From NCBI GenBank assembly GCA_019359355.1, contig JAHHHM010000015.1:1-45146 (forward strand): a stretch of 45,146 nt of DNA. The letters are read 5' to 3'. The notes beneath the pieces are model-generated. The model was not told where the DNA came from. It searched no databases and saw only the letters and a program-made list of their open reading frames with translations. Made by a program: the position numbers and the translations under genes. Below, piece after piece: positions 25,209 through 35,402 of the stretch; within the stretch, counting starts at the first letter, position 1; every line of letters begins with the position of its first letter. Source of the DNA: Microcoleus vaginatus WJT46-NPBG5 (lineage in GTDB: Bacteria > Cyanobacteriota > Cyanobacteriia > Cyanobacteriales > Oscillatoriaceae).

Positions 25209-28200
25209 TTAAAAATGACAGGGACGTGGTCTAGCAATTCCATAGCCTTGGGCGTAATCGACTCCCAGCGTCCGCAGCTTCATGAGGATTGCATCATTTT
25301 CCACAAACTCAGCAATCGTTTGTAACCCCATGACATGAGCGATGCGGTTAATCGCTTCTATCATTGCAAAATCAAGTGGGTTATCCACAACATTCTTGAC
25401 AAAACTGCCATCAATTTTAAGATAATCCACCGGCAGATTTTTTAAATAAGCAAAAGAAGACGTGCCGCTGCCAAAATCATCTAAAGCAAAATAACAGCCC
25501 AATTTCTTGAAAGTGTGGATGAACTGAGCAACTTTTGTTAAATTAGCCAGGGCGACTGTTTCTGGAATTTCAAAACAAAGAACGTGAGGCGGAACTTGAT
25601 GCAAAGCGAATTGCTCTTGCAGAAAGTCATGGAACTGGTCATCGTTAAGGGTGGCACCAGAAAGATTAATACCATAAAGCCTTTGCAAACGACCGGCAGG
25701 CTGTTGAGAGGTGCCGGCATCCAACTGATTGTGATGCGCTGACAGGTGAGTGAATAGCGTGCGAATCACCCAGCGATCAATCGTGTGCATAATGTTGTAG
25801 CGTTCCGCTGCGGGAATAAACGCCATTGGCGAAACCAGAGCGCCGGCTTCATCTTCAAGGCGCAGCAGCACTTCATAATGCTCTCTGTTGAATGAGCTAT
25901 CTGTAATTGGAACAATCGGTTGGAAAAAAAGGCGAAATCGATTCTCTTCAAACCCTTGCGTAATTCGAGAAACCCATTGCATTTGGCTGTGCTGTTGCGC
26001 CAATTCGGTTTCATCACTCTGATGAACGTGCACTCGATTTCGCCCCTGTTCTTTTGCAGCATAACAAGCCCCATCTGCTGCATTTAATACATGGGTCAAA
26101 CTACAACTTTCGGCTGTAATTGCAACCAAACCAATACTGGCACCAATGCTAAAGGTTTTATCCTCCCAAACAAAACGAAATGCCTGGATACTTTCACGCA
26201 GCGAATTTGCAATTCGCCGTGCCTGTTCTAAAGGACATTGGTGAAGCAGCACGGCAAATTCATCGCCGCCAAGACGAGCGAGACTATCCGTTTTACGCAC
26301 ACCGGCTTGTAAAAGGGTGCTAATTTGACGCAGCAATTCATCTCCTGCCACATGACCGCAAGTATCATTAACAATCTTGAACCGATCAAGATCCAGATAA
26401 CAAAGTGCGTGCTGTTGATTTTGCGTCTGAGCAATCAGCAAAGCCCGTTTCAAGTGTTGTTCAAATTCGCGCCGGTTGATTAAGCCGGTTAAGGCATCAT
26501 GACTGGCTTGCCAGGATAGCTGACGGGCAAGGGCGCGTTCTTCTGTAACATCGTGAAACACTAGCACCGCACCGATGATTTGACCGGCACTGGCGAGAAT
26601 GGGTGCAACCGATTCATCAATGGCAAACTCTGTACCGTCCTTGGCAATGAGTAGGGTTGGGTTAGCCAGTTCTCCAATGCGGTTGCCACGCAGGGCGGCT
26701 TCTACCGGGTTTTCCACCGGCTCACGGGTGATTTCGTGTACAAGCCGAAACACTTCGCTTACTGGCTTGCCAATCGCGTCTTGAGCCGGCCAGCCGGTCA
26801 ATCTTTGGGCTGCGGGATTGACAGAGGTAATATAGCCTAAAGCATTCGTGGTAATGACCGCATCGCAAATTGAGTGCAACGTGATCTGAGCTAGTTCTTT
26901 CTCTTGCAACAGCGCTTGTTCAACGCATTGGCGTTCGATGATTTCCTGGCGCAGTTTTGCATTCGCTGTTTCGAGTTCAGCAGTGCGCTCTTTCACCAGT
27001 TCTTGCAGGTGTTCCTTATGCTCACGCAGCTGTTTTTCCGCCCGTTTGCGCTCTACAATTTCCACAACTAGCTGGTCGTTAGATTCTTTTAAGGCGGCAG
27101 TGCGTTCCTCAACTCGAATTTCGAGCTGTTCCTTTGCCTCTGTCAGTGCAGCTTGTGCCCGCTGGCGCTCGGTGATATCGATGCCGGTGGCGATGATATA
27201 TTTGGTTGAGCCGTCTGGGTCGCAAAGCACGGTATTTGTCCAAGCGATGAGCCGGCAATTTCCAGTTTTTGTCACCCAGTAATTTTCATATTGGTGCGGA
27301 CACTGGCTTGTTTGCAGTTCTTTAAAAACCGCAACCGCCGGCTCAACCTCTTCAGGAAGCAGCAACAAATCCCAGAACACCCGGCCTTCCGCTTCCTGCG
27401 CTGAGTATCCGGTGGTTTGCTCGCAGCACCGATTAAAGCGGATAATTCGCCCTTTTGGGTCAAGAACCACGACTAAAGCACCGGCCGTATCCAACACGGT
27501 TGTAACAAAGTTACGTTCCTCTCGTAAGGCTTCTTCAGCGGCTTTACGTTCTGTAATGTCTCTTGCTACCCAAATCACCTTGTCTACCTGCATTGGCGAA
27601 ATGCTAGCGGCAAACCATCGAGTGGGCATCTGTCCCTGCGCCCCTGCCGACTCTCGCATAAGCAGGCTGTACTCAACATTAATCATCTGCCCCGTTTCTA
27701 AGGCCCGATGGATATAGCTGAGAAACAGTTCAGCTTGGGATGGCTCAAAAACCTCATGGAGTTCGCGGCCAATTAGCTCAGTTGCCGGTTTGTACAAAAG
27801 TGTGGGATTTGTGGGCGCAATTTTAAGATAGCGTCCTTGCGCGTTGAAAACGACGATGACATCGGGTATTGCCGCTAATATGACGCGAAGTTCAGCTTCT
27901 GAAGTCCGCAGTGCTTTTGCCGTCCATTCCCGTTCAGCAATCTCAAGTTGCAGTTGCTCATTCGCCTTCTTGAGTTTCCTGTCTTCTGGGGGTAATAGGG
28001 GGGTGGCAAGCTCCTCTACGGTAGGTTTTAGCTCCTTATTGGCCTTCTTCATAGCTGCTTCTGTCTGATCGCACTCAGTAATGTATGTGATGGTGTCCGA
28101 GAAATGGCGAGTTTGGCCTGCCGGTGTCAGCAAGGGCTTTTCTATTGTGTGAAACCTATTCAGGTTAGGCAGAAAGTGCTTGACTTCTGCTGGGGTTTGA

Positions 28201-29042
28201 TCGAAGTCGGTATCGCTACCACCGTACTCGATTTGGGCACCTGTTTGGTTGGGCCAGATACACGTTTCCGGCCAGACATTGATGCCGGCACCAGCATGAT
28301 CCACCAACTGACCTTTCGCACTCAGCCAGATGACACCGGCATCTAAAAACAAACAATTATCCTCATGCCGGCAATCTTTCCTTCTAAAAATTTTGTGAGT
28401 TTGAAAGGCTGGCCAGTAATTTTCTAAGCAGTTCTGTAAATCCCCAACATCCATGTCTGGCCGGCAGCTCTTGCCCAGTTGTTTTTGAAGGATTCTGTCT
28501 GTAAATTGTAACCAAAGTTGATCAAAAAAGATATCAAGCTTATCTGGCCCAGAAACCCCTACTTTCATCGGCACTTGATTGGCAATATATTGGCAACCTT
28601 TTTCAGGCGCTTCCCATGAGTTTAACCAAGCCGGCCCAGAAAACTCAAAGATCCCCAGATAGTTTTTATTTTTTCCCTTCCCTATTCTTTGTCCTTGAAT
28701 TTCGCAATTTGTGGGCGCACAGATGAAAAATCTTGCCGGTTCCCCACTTTCTTCCACCTTCTCAATCACAAAGCGACTACAAGAAATCCTGTTATTGCTC
28801 AAGCAGAGTGGCAATCGGTTAAGAGCGACTTTTAACAAAACTTGATGAAGATGGCTATCTGCAACTGCAATAGGTTCCAGAGCGATACTCCTTTCGTAGC
28901 GAGGGGGATAATTTGGATGGTGAGTTACAGCAGCAGCGAGTACCCCGACAAAGTTGCTTTGAATTGGTTGTACACTCCAGCCGTCGATTAATAGCGCTGC
29001 GGTGTTCCACAATAGAATGCGCCCATTACGATTGCCGGTCAT
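25209..29042 (-). CDS. Multidomain c-di-GMP signalling protein: an N-terminal sensory region of about 330 aa (possibly DICT-like), a coiled coil, three or four PAS/PAC domains, a GGDEF domain and an EAL domain.
   Basis: The GGDEF motif RLGGDEFAVLL is intact. EAL-domain motifs are present (QPIV..., DDFGSGTSSFAYL, KIDGSFV). PAS hallmarks are flanked by coiled-coil repeats. The first ATG is at 29042, since the ORF-track start at 29057 is TTG. Confidence 0.9.
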   Translation of the reverse strand: MTGNRNGRILLWNTAALLIDGWSVQPIQSNFVGVLAAAVTHHPNYPPRYERSIALEPIAVADSHLHQVLLKVALNRLPLCLSNNRISCSRFVIEKVEESGEPARFFICAPTNCEIQGQRIGKGKNKNYLGIFEFSGPAWLNSWEAPEKGCQYIANQVPMKVGVSGPDKLDIFFDQLWLQFTDRILQKQLGKSCRPDMDVGDLQNCLENYWPAFQTHKIFRRKDCRHEDNCLFLDAGVIWLSAKGQLVDHAGAGINVWPETCIWPNQTGAQIEYGGSDTDFDQTPAEVKHFLPNLNRFHTIEKPLLTPAGQTRHFSDTITYITECDQTEAAMKKANKELKPTVEELATPLLPPEDRKLKKANEQLQLEIAEREWTAKALRTSEAELRVILAAIPDVIVVFNAQGRYLKIAPTNPTLLYKPATELIGRELHEVFEPSQAELFLSYIHRALETGQMINVEYSLLMRESAGAQGQMPTRWFAASISPMQVDKVIWVARDITERKAAEEALREERNFVTTVLDTAGALVVVLDPKGRIIRFNRCCEQTTGYSAQEAEGRVFWDLLLLPEEVEPAVAVFKELQTSQCPHQYENYWVTKTGNCRLIAWTNTVLCDPDGSTKYIIATGIDITERQRAQAALTEAKEQLEIRVEERTAALKESNDQLVVEIVERKRAEKQLREHKEHLQELVKERTAELETANAKLRQEIIERQCVEQALLQEKELAQITLHSICDAVITTNALGYITSVNPAAQRLTGWPAQDAIGKPVSEVFRLVHEITREPVENPVEAALRGNRIGELANPTLLIAKDGTEFAIDESVAPILASAGQIIGAVLVFHDVTEERALARQLSWQASHDALTGLINRREFEQHLKRALLIAQTQNQQHALCYLDLDRFKIVNDTCGHVAGDELLRQISTLLQAGVRKTDSLARLGGDEFAVLLHQCPLEQARRIANSLRESIQAFRFVWEDKTFSIGASIGLVAITAESCSLTHVLNAADGACYAAKEQGRNRVHVHQSDETELAQQHSQMQWVSRITQGFEENRFRLFFQPIVPITDSSFNREHYEVLLRLEDEAGALVSPMAFIPAAERYNIMHTIDRWVIRTLFTHLSAHHNQLDAGTSQQPAGRLQRLYGINLSGATLNDDQFHDFLQEQFALHQVPPHVLCFEIPETVALANLTKVAQFIHTFKKLGCYFALDDFGSGTSSFAYLKNLPVDYLKIDGSFVKNVVDNPLDFAMIEAINRIAHVMGLQTIAEFVENDAILMKLRTLGVDYAQGYGIARPRPCHF

Positions 29043-29626
29043 GACAAAATTATTCAAATTCTGCCTACTCTCGGCGGGGTTAGGTTACTGTTGAGAGTGC
29101 CCGGACAGATGCTTATCTTCATGGGCCGGCAGGAGAGACAGCCATATTTATTCTCTCAAATTTACCAGCGGCTGCGGCTGTTGGGAGAAAAACTGTTTCG
29201 ACATTTGCTCAATATTGAAAACTTAAATATCTCAGTGATTTATTTAGCAATCTTGGGAATTTTCTCCTTGTTTATTAAAATATAAACACTCATTAATTGT
29301 TTCGTTTTCTACTTCCTCGACGCAAATTTCCCCGTTCCACCCCAATTTAGAGTTGTTATAAAATTCTTTCTCCTAAACAACCAAATTTGTCAAATTTCTA
29401 ATTCTATGTGACAGAAAAGATTGATATCGGCTTTCAATCAGTTGCGATTTGAGCGTTCCAGCTCGCTCAGAACTTTAATAATTGCAGAGTCAGGCCCAAC
29501 CGGAATATTTTCAAAATTTAACTTTCCTACGGTAATCTTACTAAAATACAGTCTCTCACTTGCAGAGGAATTAAGTTACAGAAAAACTTAAAATTTTGAA
29601 TAAGATTTCACTCTGGTAAATTAATT

Positions 29627-30244
29627 ATGCAAGTAGAAAAAAGCCATCAGGCGCTGAGTGCGATGGTGCTGGCGGGTGGCCAAAGTTCCCGCATGGGTCG
29701 GGATAAGGCTTTGATCGCACCCCAAGGCATTCCACTGCTCAAGCAGGTTTATGAGATTGCTGTGAAGTGCGCGTCCCCGGTGTATGTCGTGACACCTTGG
29801 CCCGAACGATATCAAGATATCTTGCCTAATAGCTGCCGGTTTATCCGAGAGATGCCTTTGCCTGACGAGACGGAACCCCACGGGCCACTGGTGGGATTGG
29901 CCCAAGGATTGGCACAGGTGCAAACAGAATGGGTACTGGTGCTCGCTTGCGATCTACCTCGGTTGCAAGTTGAGGTTTTGCAGAGTTGGATAGGGCTGTT
30001 GGGTAATGTCAAGGAGGATGCTATTGCCCTACTGCCGCGAGATGCCAAGGGCTGGCAACCGTTGTGCGGCTTTTACCGGCACAGTTGTCTGCCGGCACTC
30101 ACAGGCTTTATCAACCAGGGGGGCCGGTCATTTCAGCGCTGGTTATCCCAACATCCGGTACAAGAGGTGCCGGTGAGCGATAGGCAGATGCTGTTTAATT
30201 GCAACACCCCCACCGATCTCGAACAAGTAAAAGGCGAAACGTAG
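29627..30244 (+). CDS. mobA: Molybdenum cofactor guanylyltransferase.
   Basis: N-terminus LAGGQSSRMGRDKALI.. and LACDLP match the MobA nucleotidyltransferase signature. Length is about 200 aa. Confidence 0.8.
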   Translation: MQVEKSHQALSAMVLAGGQSSRMGRDKALIAPQGIPLLKQVYEIAVKCASPVYVVTPWPERYQDILPNSCRFIREMPLPDETEPHGPLVGLAQGLAQVQTEWVLVLACDLPRLQVEVLQSWIGLLGNVKEDAIALLPRDAKGWQPLCGFYRHSCLPALTGFINQGGRSFQRWLSQHPVQEVPVSDRQMLFNCNTPTDLEQVKGET

Positions 30245-30426
30245 ACAGTTGTTTCAATTATCACATTTTCTCCTACCCTTCATTGTTGCTCGATTGCGTC
30301 TTCTATCTTTCGGTAGATAGTGTAAAAAAAGTCTAACTGTAGAGAGAGGCTGCTTATTCTTTCAATCCCTTAAGATGAGTGCATGACAAAGCCTCTTAGT
30401 CAAAACTCAATAAAACGGAGAACAAT

Positions 30427-30615
30427 ATGAGCATTGAAGATAGAGCAGCGGCTACCGCCAAAAACATAGAAGGTAAAATTCAAGAAGCTGTGAGTGAAGT
30501 CACAGGTGACCCGAAGGACAAAATTGAAGGTCAAGTCAAGCAAGAACAAGCGGCGAATATGCACGCAAAAGAAGACGTTAAAGATGGCGTAAAAAACTTC
30601 ATCGATAAAGCTTAA
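30427..30615 (+). CDS. CsbD-family stress protein.
   Basis: 62 aa with the pattern K.EGK.KEAVG..TGD...K.EG...Q, which is typical of CsbD. Confidence 0.75.
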   Translation: MSIEDRAAATAKNIEGKIQEAVSEVTGDPKDKIEGQVKQEQAANMHAKEDVKDGVKNFIDKA

Positions 30616-30645
30616 GGTTTTTGCTTTGATCTTTTAATAAAAAAA

Positions 30646-30680
30646 ATCCAGCAAAATTGATTTTGCTGGATTTTTTATTT
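30646..30680 (+). terminator. Intrinsic terminator made of a perfect 11-bp stem (ATCCAGCAAAA/TTTTGCTGGAT), a 4-nt loop and a T-tract. An A-tract on the 5' side makes it potentially bidirectional.
   Basis: Read directly from the sequence 25 nt after the csbD-like stop. Confidence 0.75.
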
Positions 30681-31524
30681 GATAAAAATAAACTTAAATT
30701 CATAGCTGGACGCAATTGTAGGAATAATTGCTGCTAAAAACTACCCAGGTTTCGATTAAGCTTGATTCCGAATTTGAGTTAGCTTCAGTGCTTTTCTGAG
30801 AAGCGTTCGTTGTGCGCTTGAAGCCAAAATATCGCTGGATAACAGTATTTTTATCAGCTTGTAGTGGAGCTTCCCACGTAAAATAGCGCCGCTGGAGTCA
30901 CTGAATAGTCTGGTGTTTGGACGAGGTGGGCTGAGGAAAAGTTCCAACAACCAACGACTTCATCTGTTTTGCTTTTCGCTAGCGGTGGCCAAATTGTCTG
31001 CTTGACGCTGGGCGTTCATTTGCGAGCGGTAAAGCTTATAATTGCACACTATTTGATTGTCTTAATATTTTCTTAAGAATTCTAATGAAACAAGGGTGTT
31101 TGCAACTTCTTCTAAAAGATAAGTTCAGCAATCACCAATAAGGGTGATAATAGCCTAGAGATTTAAGTAAGCACCTCTCAAACTAAAACAGTCCCGCGAG
31201 TAGACGTTGTTTGTTCGCTCTCACAGCGCATTTATTCGCTATCCCAAACCGTCATAACTTTCCAAATTTAGACAGTTTGTTAACTGCAACAAGGAAAGTG
31301 CCCGGAGGCGATGCCGGCAAACAATCTAAAAAGAACCTGAAAAGGATGCCGGTGAAGCCTTCCCCCCTTTAAAAGGACGTGAGTTGCGGCTCTGAACCTA
31401 CTAGACAGTTGAGGAACCATAACGTATGTTCTTAACAGTTGAAAGCACTTCAGAAATAATCGACATATAGAGGAACTGACCTTGACCCCCACCCCAACCA
31501 ACCGCTTAATTTAACCCAGACACC

Positions 31525-32721
31525 ATGAAAACATCTTTTCCCGTTAAATTCGCTGCCTTTGCCGTAGCAGCCGTCTCAACAATCACCGCTTTAAGCCCAC
31601 TTCTGGCTGCAACTTTTGGCAAAACAGAAGTTGACCAAACTAAATTCGTCGCGGTGGCTCAACCTCTTGCCAATAATACTTATAAACTGTTGGTGATCGA
31701 ACAGCTATCGAGCGCACGTCCCTGCTGGAGTGAAAGCGGGTCGAGTCCTGTGCAAGTGCAACCGCTGCTGCTGAACTTTGACTTCACCGGCATCTGTTCA
31801 CGCAGCTTGGACAGCAACGGCTACTCTATCCGTATGGCAGATCAAGATTTAGGGTTGCAGTACAGCCTACGGGTGGTTAACCGAGATGGAGATGTCCGGC
31901 TTGTCGGAACGAGCACGACTCGAAATTCACCTGTGATTGAAATCGGAAGAACCAATGGCATTTCCAATGATTTTTCTAAAATCGTTCTGAATCCCGGCTG
32001 GCGGATGACGAAAAGAAGTTATGATGGCAAGACTTTAGGGCACGTTTACTTTACCAGCGATCAAGCATTAGGTGCTACCCCAACAGATGGGGGTAACACC
32101 GGCGGAACCAAATTCGCAGACATCCGCACGGATGTTTACGGCAAGGAAATTGATCAAGCTGTGGAACTAGGATTTGTTGCCGGTTTTTCTGACAATACCT
32201 TCCGCCCGCAAGAAACCTTAACCCGTGAGCAATTGGTGTCTTTGGTGGTGGAATCTCTGAAGAACATCCCCAATGCCAATATCACCCTCCCCACCCAAGC
32301 GACATCCAGCCCCTATCCAGATGTGGAGACCTCACGCTGGAGTGCGGCTAAGATTCAATGGGCACGGGATAACAACTTGATCAGTGGTTATCAAGATGGC
32401 ACCTTCCGACCGGCACAGTCGGTGACACGCGCTGAAATGATGGCAGTGTTGCGACGGGCAGCAGAAAAGGGCAAATCGCTGCGCGGACTGCCTACAACTC
32501 TAGGTGCAAAACAAACGCCTAAGGTGTTCTCAGACACGGCAACTCACTGGGCAGCGCCACTGATTACTCAGATGTCTGGCTATTGTAATGTTGCTTCCCC
32601 ACTGAATGAAACCGGCAACGCTTTCTACCCAGATCAAGCGGCACGCCGTAACTACGCGGCTGCGGCGACTCTGCGGACGTTGAATTGCGTTAAGTCGGAA
32701 TCAGCAACCCCAACACCGTAA
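31525..32721 (+). CDS. Secreted cell-envelope protein with a signal peptide, an N-terminal cyanobacterial domain (DUF3747-like) and C-terminal S-layer-homology (SLH) repeats.
   Basis: Signal peptide MKTSFPVKFAAFAVAAVSTITALSPLLAA. SLH-like motifs are FADIRTDVYGKEIDQAVELGFVAGFSDNTFRPQETLTREQ and W...NNLISGYQDGTFRPAQSVTRAEM. Confidence 0.7.
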   Translation: MKTSFPVKFAAFAVAAVSTITALSPLLAATFGKTEVDQTKFVAVAQPLANNTYKLLVIEQLSSARPCWSESGSSPVQVQPLLLNFDFTGICSRSLDSNGYSIRMADQDLGLQYSLRVVNRDGDVRLVGTSTTRNSPVIEIGRTNGISNDFSKIVLNPGWRMTKRSYDGKTLGHVYFTSDQALGATPTDGGNTGGTKFADIRTDVYGKEIDQAVELGFVAGFSDNTFRPQETLTREQLVSLVVESLKNIPNANITLPTQATSSPYPDVETSRWSAAKIQWARDNNLISGYQDGTFRPAQSVTRAEMMAVLRRAAEKGKSLRGLPTTLGAKQTPKVFSDTATHWAAPLITQMSGYCNVASPLNETGNAFYPDQAARRNYAAAATLRTLNCVKSESATPTP

Positions 32722-32741
32722 TTGCAAGGGCGCTAACGCTT

Positions 32742-33545
32742 CTACGGTTGATTTAAATAATCACCAACCGCGATAGGGCCACCGGCAATCACGGTGGCTA
32801 AAACGCCGGTTTGGGCGTGGCCAAATTTTTGGGGAAGTAAGGAAAAGAGGGGAATATCGCGTTCGCCGGTTTCGGGATTCACGTCTATGTTCGCACACCG
32901 GCCAATGCGGGCGGAGATGGCAATTCGAGTTTCTCCGATTTGCAATTCTTTGCCGATCCAGTTGAATTCTTCCCAAGCTGGGACGCCGTCGATGACGATG
33001 TTCGGGCGGAACCGGCGGGCATCAACCGGCTGACGGGCTTCTGTTGTGATCGCATCAAGAGTTGCCTGACTGACGAGGGAAATATGCACCGGCTGCCGGT
33101 CGGGATAGCGGGTGGTGCCGGTGCCATTGCCGACGAGGCGCAGGGGGGCTTTCTCTGGGTGCCTTGCGGTTGCGGTGGGGTGGAGGGAAGCCAGGTAGCC
33201 GGTGAAAAATGCCCCAATTAGGTCGCGTCCTGCCGGTGTGCCGGTGTTTGCGACGAATAGGGGAACCTCCTGCCGGTGAACACTTAAATTGCCTGTTTGC
33301 GGGTCGTAGTGGCACTGTAGGCCGGCTAAACCAGGCCAATCGTTCTGCATGGCAAAATTGCCTTTCGGCAGCCAGGGAACGCTTTCTTGTGGGTCAGAAA
33401 TCTTGCCGGCTTCAACGTACATTAAGGCAAAGGCGCGATCTCCAGGGATGCCATGTCCTGCTTCCAGGGTGACGCGATCGCACTCATGGGGCGTTAGACC
33501 TTTAATCGGATAAGTAAATAACTGCTTGATGGCTGCCGGTGTCAT
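32742..33545 (-). CDS. MOSC-domain protein (YcbX-like, N-terminal beta-barrel plus MOSC).
   Basis: N-terminus LFTYPIKGLTPHECDRVTLEAGHGIPGDRAFAL matches the MOSC_N pattern. A conserved Cys lies near the C-terminus (IGRCANIDVNPETG). Confidence 0.75.
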   Translation of the reverse strand: MTPAAIKQLFTYPIKGLTPHECDRVTLEAGHGIPGDRAFALMYVEAGKISDPQESVPWLPKGNFAMQNDWPGLAGLQCHYDPQTGNLSVHRQEVPLFVANTGTPAGRDLIGAFFTGYLASLHPTATARHPEKAPLRLVGNGTGTTRYPDRQPVHISLVSQATLDAITTEARQPVDARRFRPNIVIDGVPAWEEFNWIGKELQIGETRIAISARIGRCANIDVNPETGERDIPLFSLLPQKFGHAQTGVLATVIAGGPIAVGDYLNQP

Positions 33546-33639
33546 GGGATTTGATTGATGAAAATAATTGCAATTATGCCTTAATAATTTAAGCTAATTG
33601 CGTGATTAACTGTCAACTAAATCCCTGGATAAAAACACT

Positions 33640-34251
33640 TTATCCAAGTTTTGTTTTATCTTTATAGATGCGGTGCAGCCAAATTGTTTCTGCTTCTTTT
33701 TCTGCTTGAGAATTGCTCATCGAAGAATAGCGAATTTCTGCCTCACCCATACTCCAACTATCGCAGCAGGATGTAATTAATCTTTTGGAATACTCAAGAC
33801 CTTCTCCCTTATTATTGTTACCTCCTGCCTCATTCGTGTCATAAGTCCAGGGAGACCATTCTCCATAGGGATCGTTAACGATAAATCCATTGTCGGTGTA
33901 TCCCTTGATCACGAGAATATGACCGGGTAGAGTAAAAAAACCATGTACGATACAAATTTTTCCCTGATCAATTGCTTCTCGGATATCTTTGAGACTCCCT
34001 TGTTCAGTGAGATCATCTTTGATGCCGGCATAACTTTCAGCTAGACTTTTTAATCCCTCCGCAGTAAAACGATTCCAGCCTTTATCAACAGCACGTGTGT
34101 AGAGTTCATCCTCTAATTGATGGTGGTTACCGTTACCTCGAACACCCAAGTACCAAAGGCAAATTGCAAGCGATGTCACATTACAAGCTGTGTAGGGTTC
34201 AAACTCATTGTCTAGTTGAGAAAAATAGGGAACACCCTGAATAACTTTCAT
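33640..34251 (-). CDS. C39-like/papain-fold cysteine peptidase family protein (Peptidase_C39_2-like). It has no signal peptide.
   Basis: VPYFSQ near the start. The C..TSLA motif (YTACNVTSLAI) with a downstream His (GHILVIKGY) matches the C39-like arrangement. Confidence 0.5.
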   Translation of the reverse strand: MKVIQGVPYFSQLDNEFEPYTACNVTSLAICLWYLGVRGNGNHHQLEDELYTRAVDKGWNRFTAEGLKSLAESYAGIKDDLTEQGSLKDIREAIDQGKICIVHGFFTLPGHILVIKGYTDNGFIVNDPYGEWSPWTYDTNEAGGNNNKGEGLEYSKRLITSCCDSWSMGEAEIRYSSMSNSQAEKEAETIWLHRIYKDKTKLG

Positions 34252-34355
34252 GATTTGACCTCACAAATTTTGGATGGAATGAAAGAATTGCTGCTGAGAA
34301 AAATTTAGGCCGGCATAAAGCGAGTCTGCTTAATCTTACTTAAGATAATTTAATC

Positions 34356-35150
34356 CTAAAAGCAGCAATTTGAATCGCCGGCACTGGGAGAAATATCATC
34401 GGCATTTCTAGTGGCAGCGGTGAAAGCAGCAAAAGGTGCATGCTCGTTTGAAGATAAAACTAAATCTTTAAATTTATCCCAAGGAAAGTTAACACCTGGA
34501 TCGCTACGACGCGTTGGATCGAGCTTTGCATGGGAGACAATATGGCGAAGATTAGGATATTTAGCCCAACAGTAACGAACAATTTTTGCAGTGATTGCAA
34601 CTTGCCAATCGGAAAAAGTATCGGCTTTTGCTTGGGTATTCACAACTTCAATTCCCAAAGACCAATGATTGACTCTCGTTTTGCCGGCATTGACATCTGG
34701 GTGAGACACTTGATTGCGAACGTGCCATGCTGCGAGAGTTTCAGGCGCACAAGCCCAAATAAGTTGACCATGTTGCGGTTCATTCTCATCTGGAACCAAC
34801 CAATGAAAACTCGCTGTGCCGGCACGCATAACTGAAATTGCGCCTTCGGAACTCGCGCCGGCGGTTGCGTGAATGACAACTGCTTTAATCCCGTCAATGG
34901 GATGAACATCACGTTGCGTTGTACATTCTGACCAATAATTACGAATGCCGGGATACCAAGTTTCGGGAATTGAAACGTCAGTTGGCCGGTTTGTGGTAGG
35001 CAGATCAAATTGATAGGTTTTTGGATCGCTTGCCATAACTTGATTTTTTGTTTCAGGGTTAGTGATAACGAAATTATTTCTCACAGGAAAGGGAATATCA
35101 GGAGAAAAAGTGACTAATTTATGTAAATTTGTGTAAATTCTCGGATACAT
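34356..35150 (-). CDS. N-acetylmuramoyl-L-alanine amidase (Amidase_2 / AmpD-PGRP fold). It has no signal peptide.
   Basis: AVVIHATAG...FHWLV..., the zinc-ligand context HPDVN..., and SHAKLDPTRRSDPG (the AmpD-like C-terminal motif). An alternative start M39 lies at 35036. Confidence 0.75.
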   Translation of the reverse strand: MYPRIYTNLHKLVTFSPDIPFPVRNNFVITNPETKNQVMASDPKTYQFDLPTTNRPTDVSIPETWYPGIRNYWSECTTQRDVHPIDGIKAVVIHATAGASSEGAISVMRAGTASFHWLVPDENEPQHGQLIWACAPETLAAWHVRNQVSHPDVNAGKTRVNHWSLGIEVVNTQAKADTFSDWQVAITAKIVRYCWAKYPNLRHIVSHAKLDPTRRSDPGVNFPWDKFKDLVLSSNEHAPFAAFTAATRNADDISPSAGDSNCCF

Positions 35151-35402
35151 TTTTTAACCAACGCAAAGCCGGCATCTTCAGCCCCAAATCAATGATGCTT
35201 CGCTTCATAGCGCAGGACTTTTTGAAACCCGCGAATCAAGCTTAACGCTACAACTCGTCGCTATAGAATATGTGACTCAATGCTTTATCAGAACGATTGA
35301 GAGGAGATGATCACCCCAAACTTCAACTGTTTTAGAACTGGTGCTTTAATTGCCGGTGAAATCAAACGCTAAAAAAGGGTACAAGGGTAAAAGAGAAGAG
35401 GG

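Noticed and set aside
25032-25325. A plus-strand 97-aa ORF overlapping the 3' end of the PAS-GGDEF-EAL gene.
   Set aside because: It overlaps the well-supported EAL-domain coding region on the opposite strand and has no recognisable features.
29091-29285. A plus-strand 64-aa ORF in the divergent intergenic region between the GGDEF-EAL gene and mobA.
   Set aside because: It lies in an AT-rich promoter region, with no RBS and a hydrophobic low-complexity product. It is most likely non-coding.
32761-33472. A cluster of 70-110-aa ORFs on both strands within the MOSC gene.
   Set aside because: This is a GC-rich region. The products are Arg/Pro-rich alternate-frame translations, while the MOSC frame has conserved motifs.
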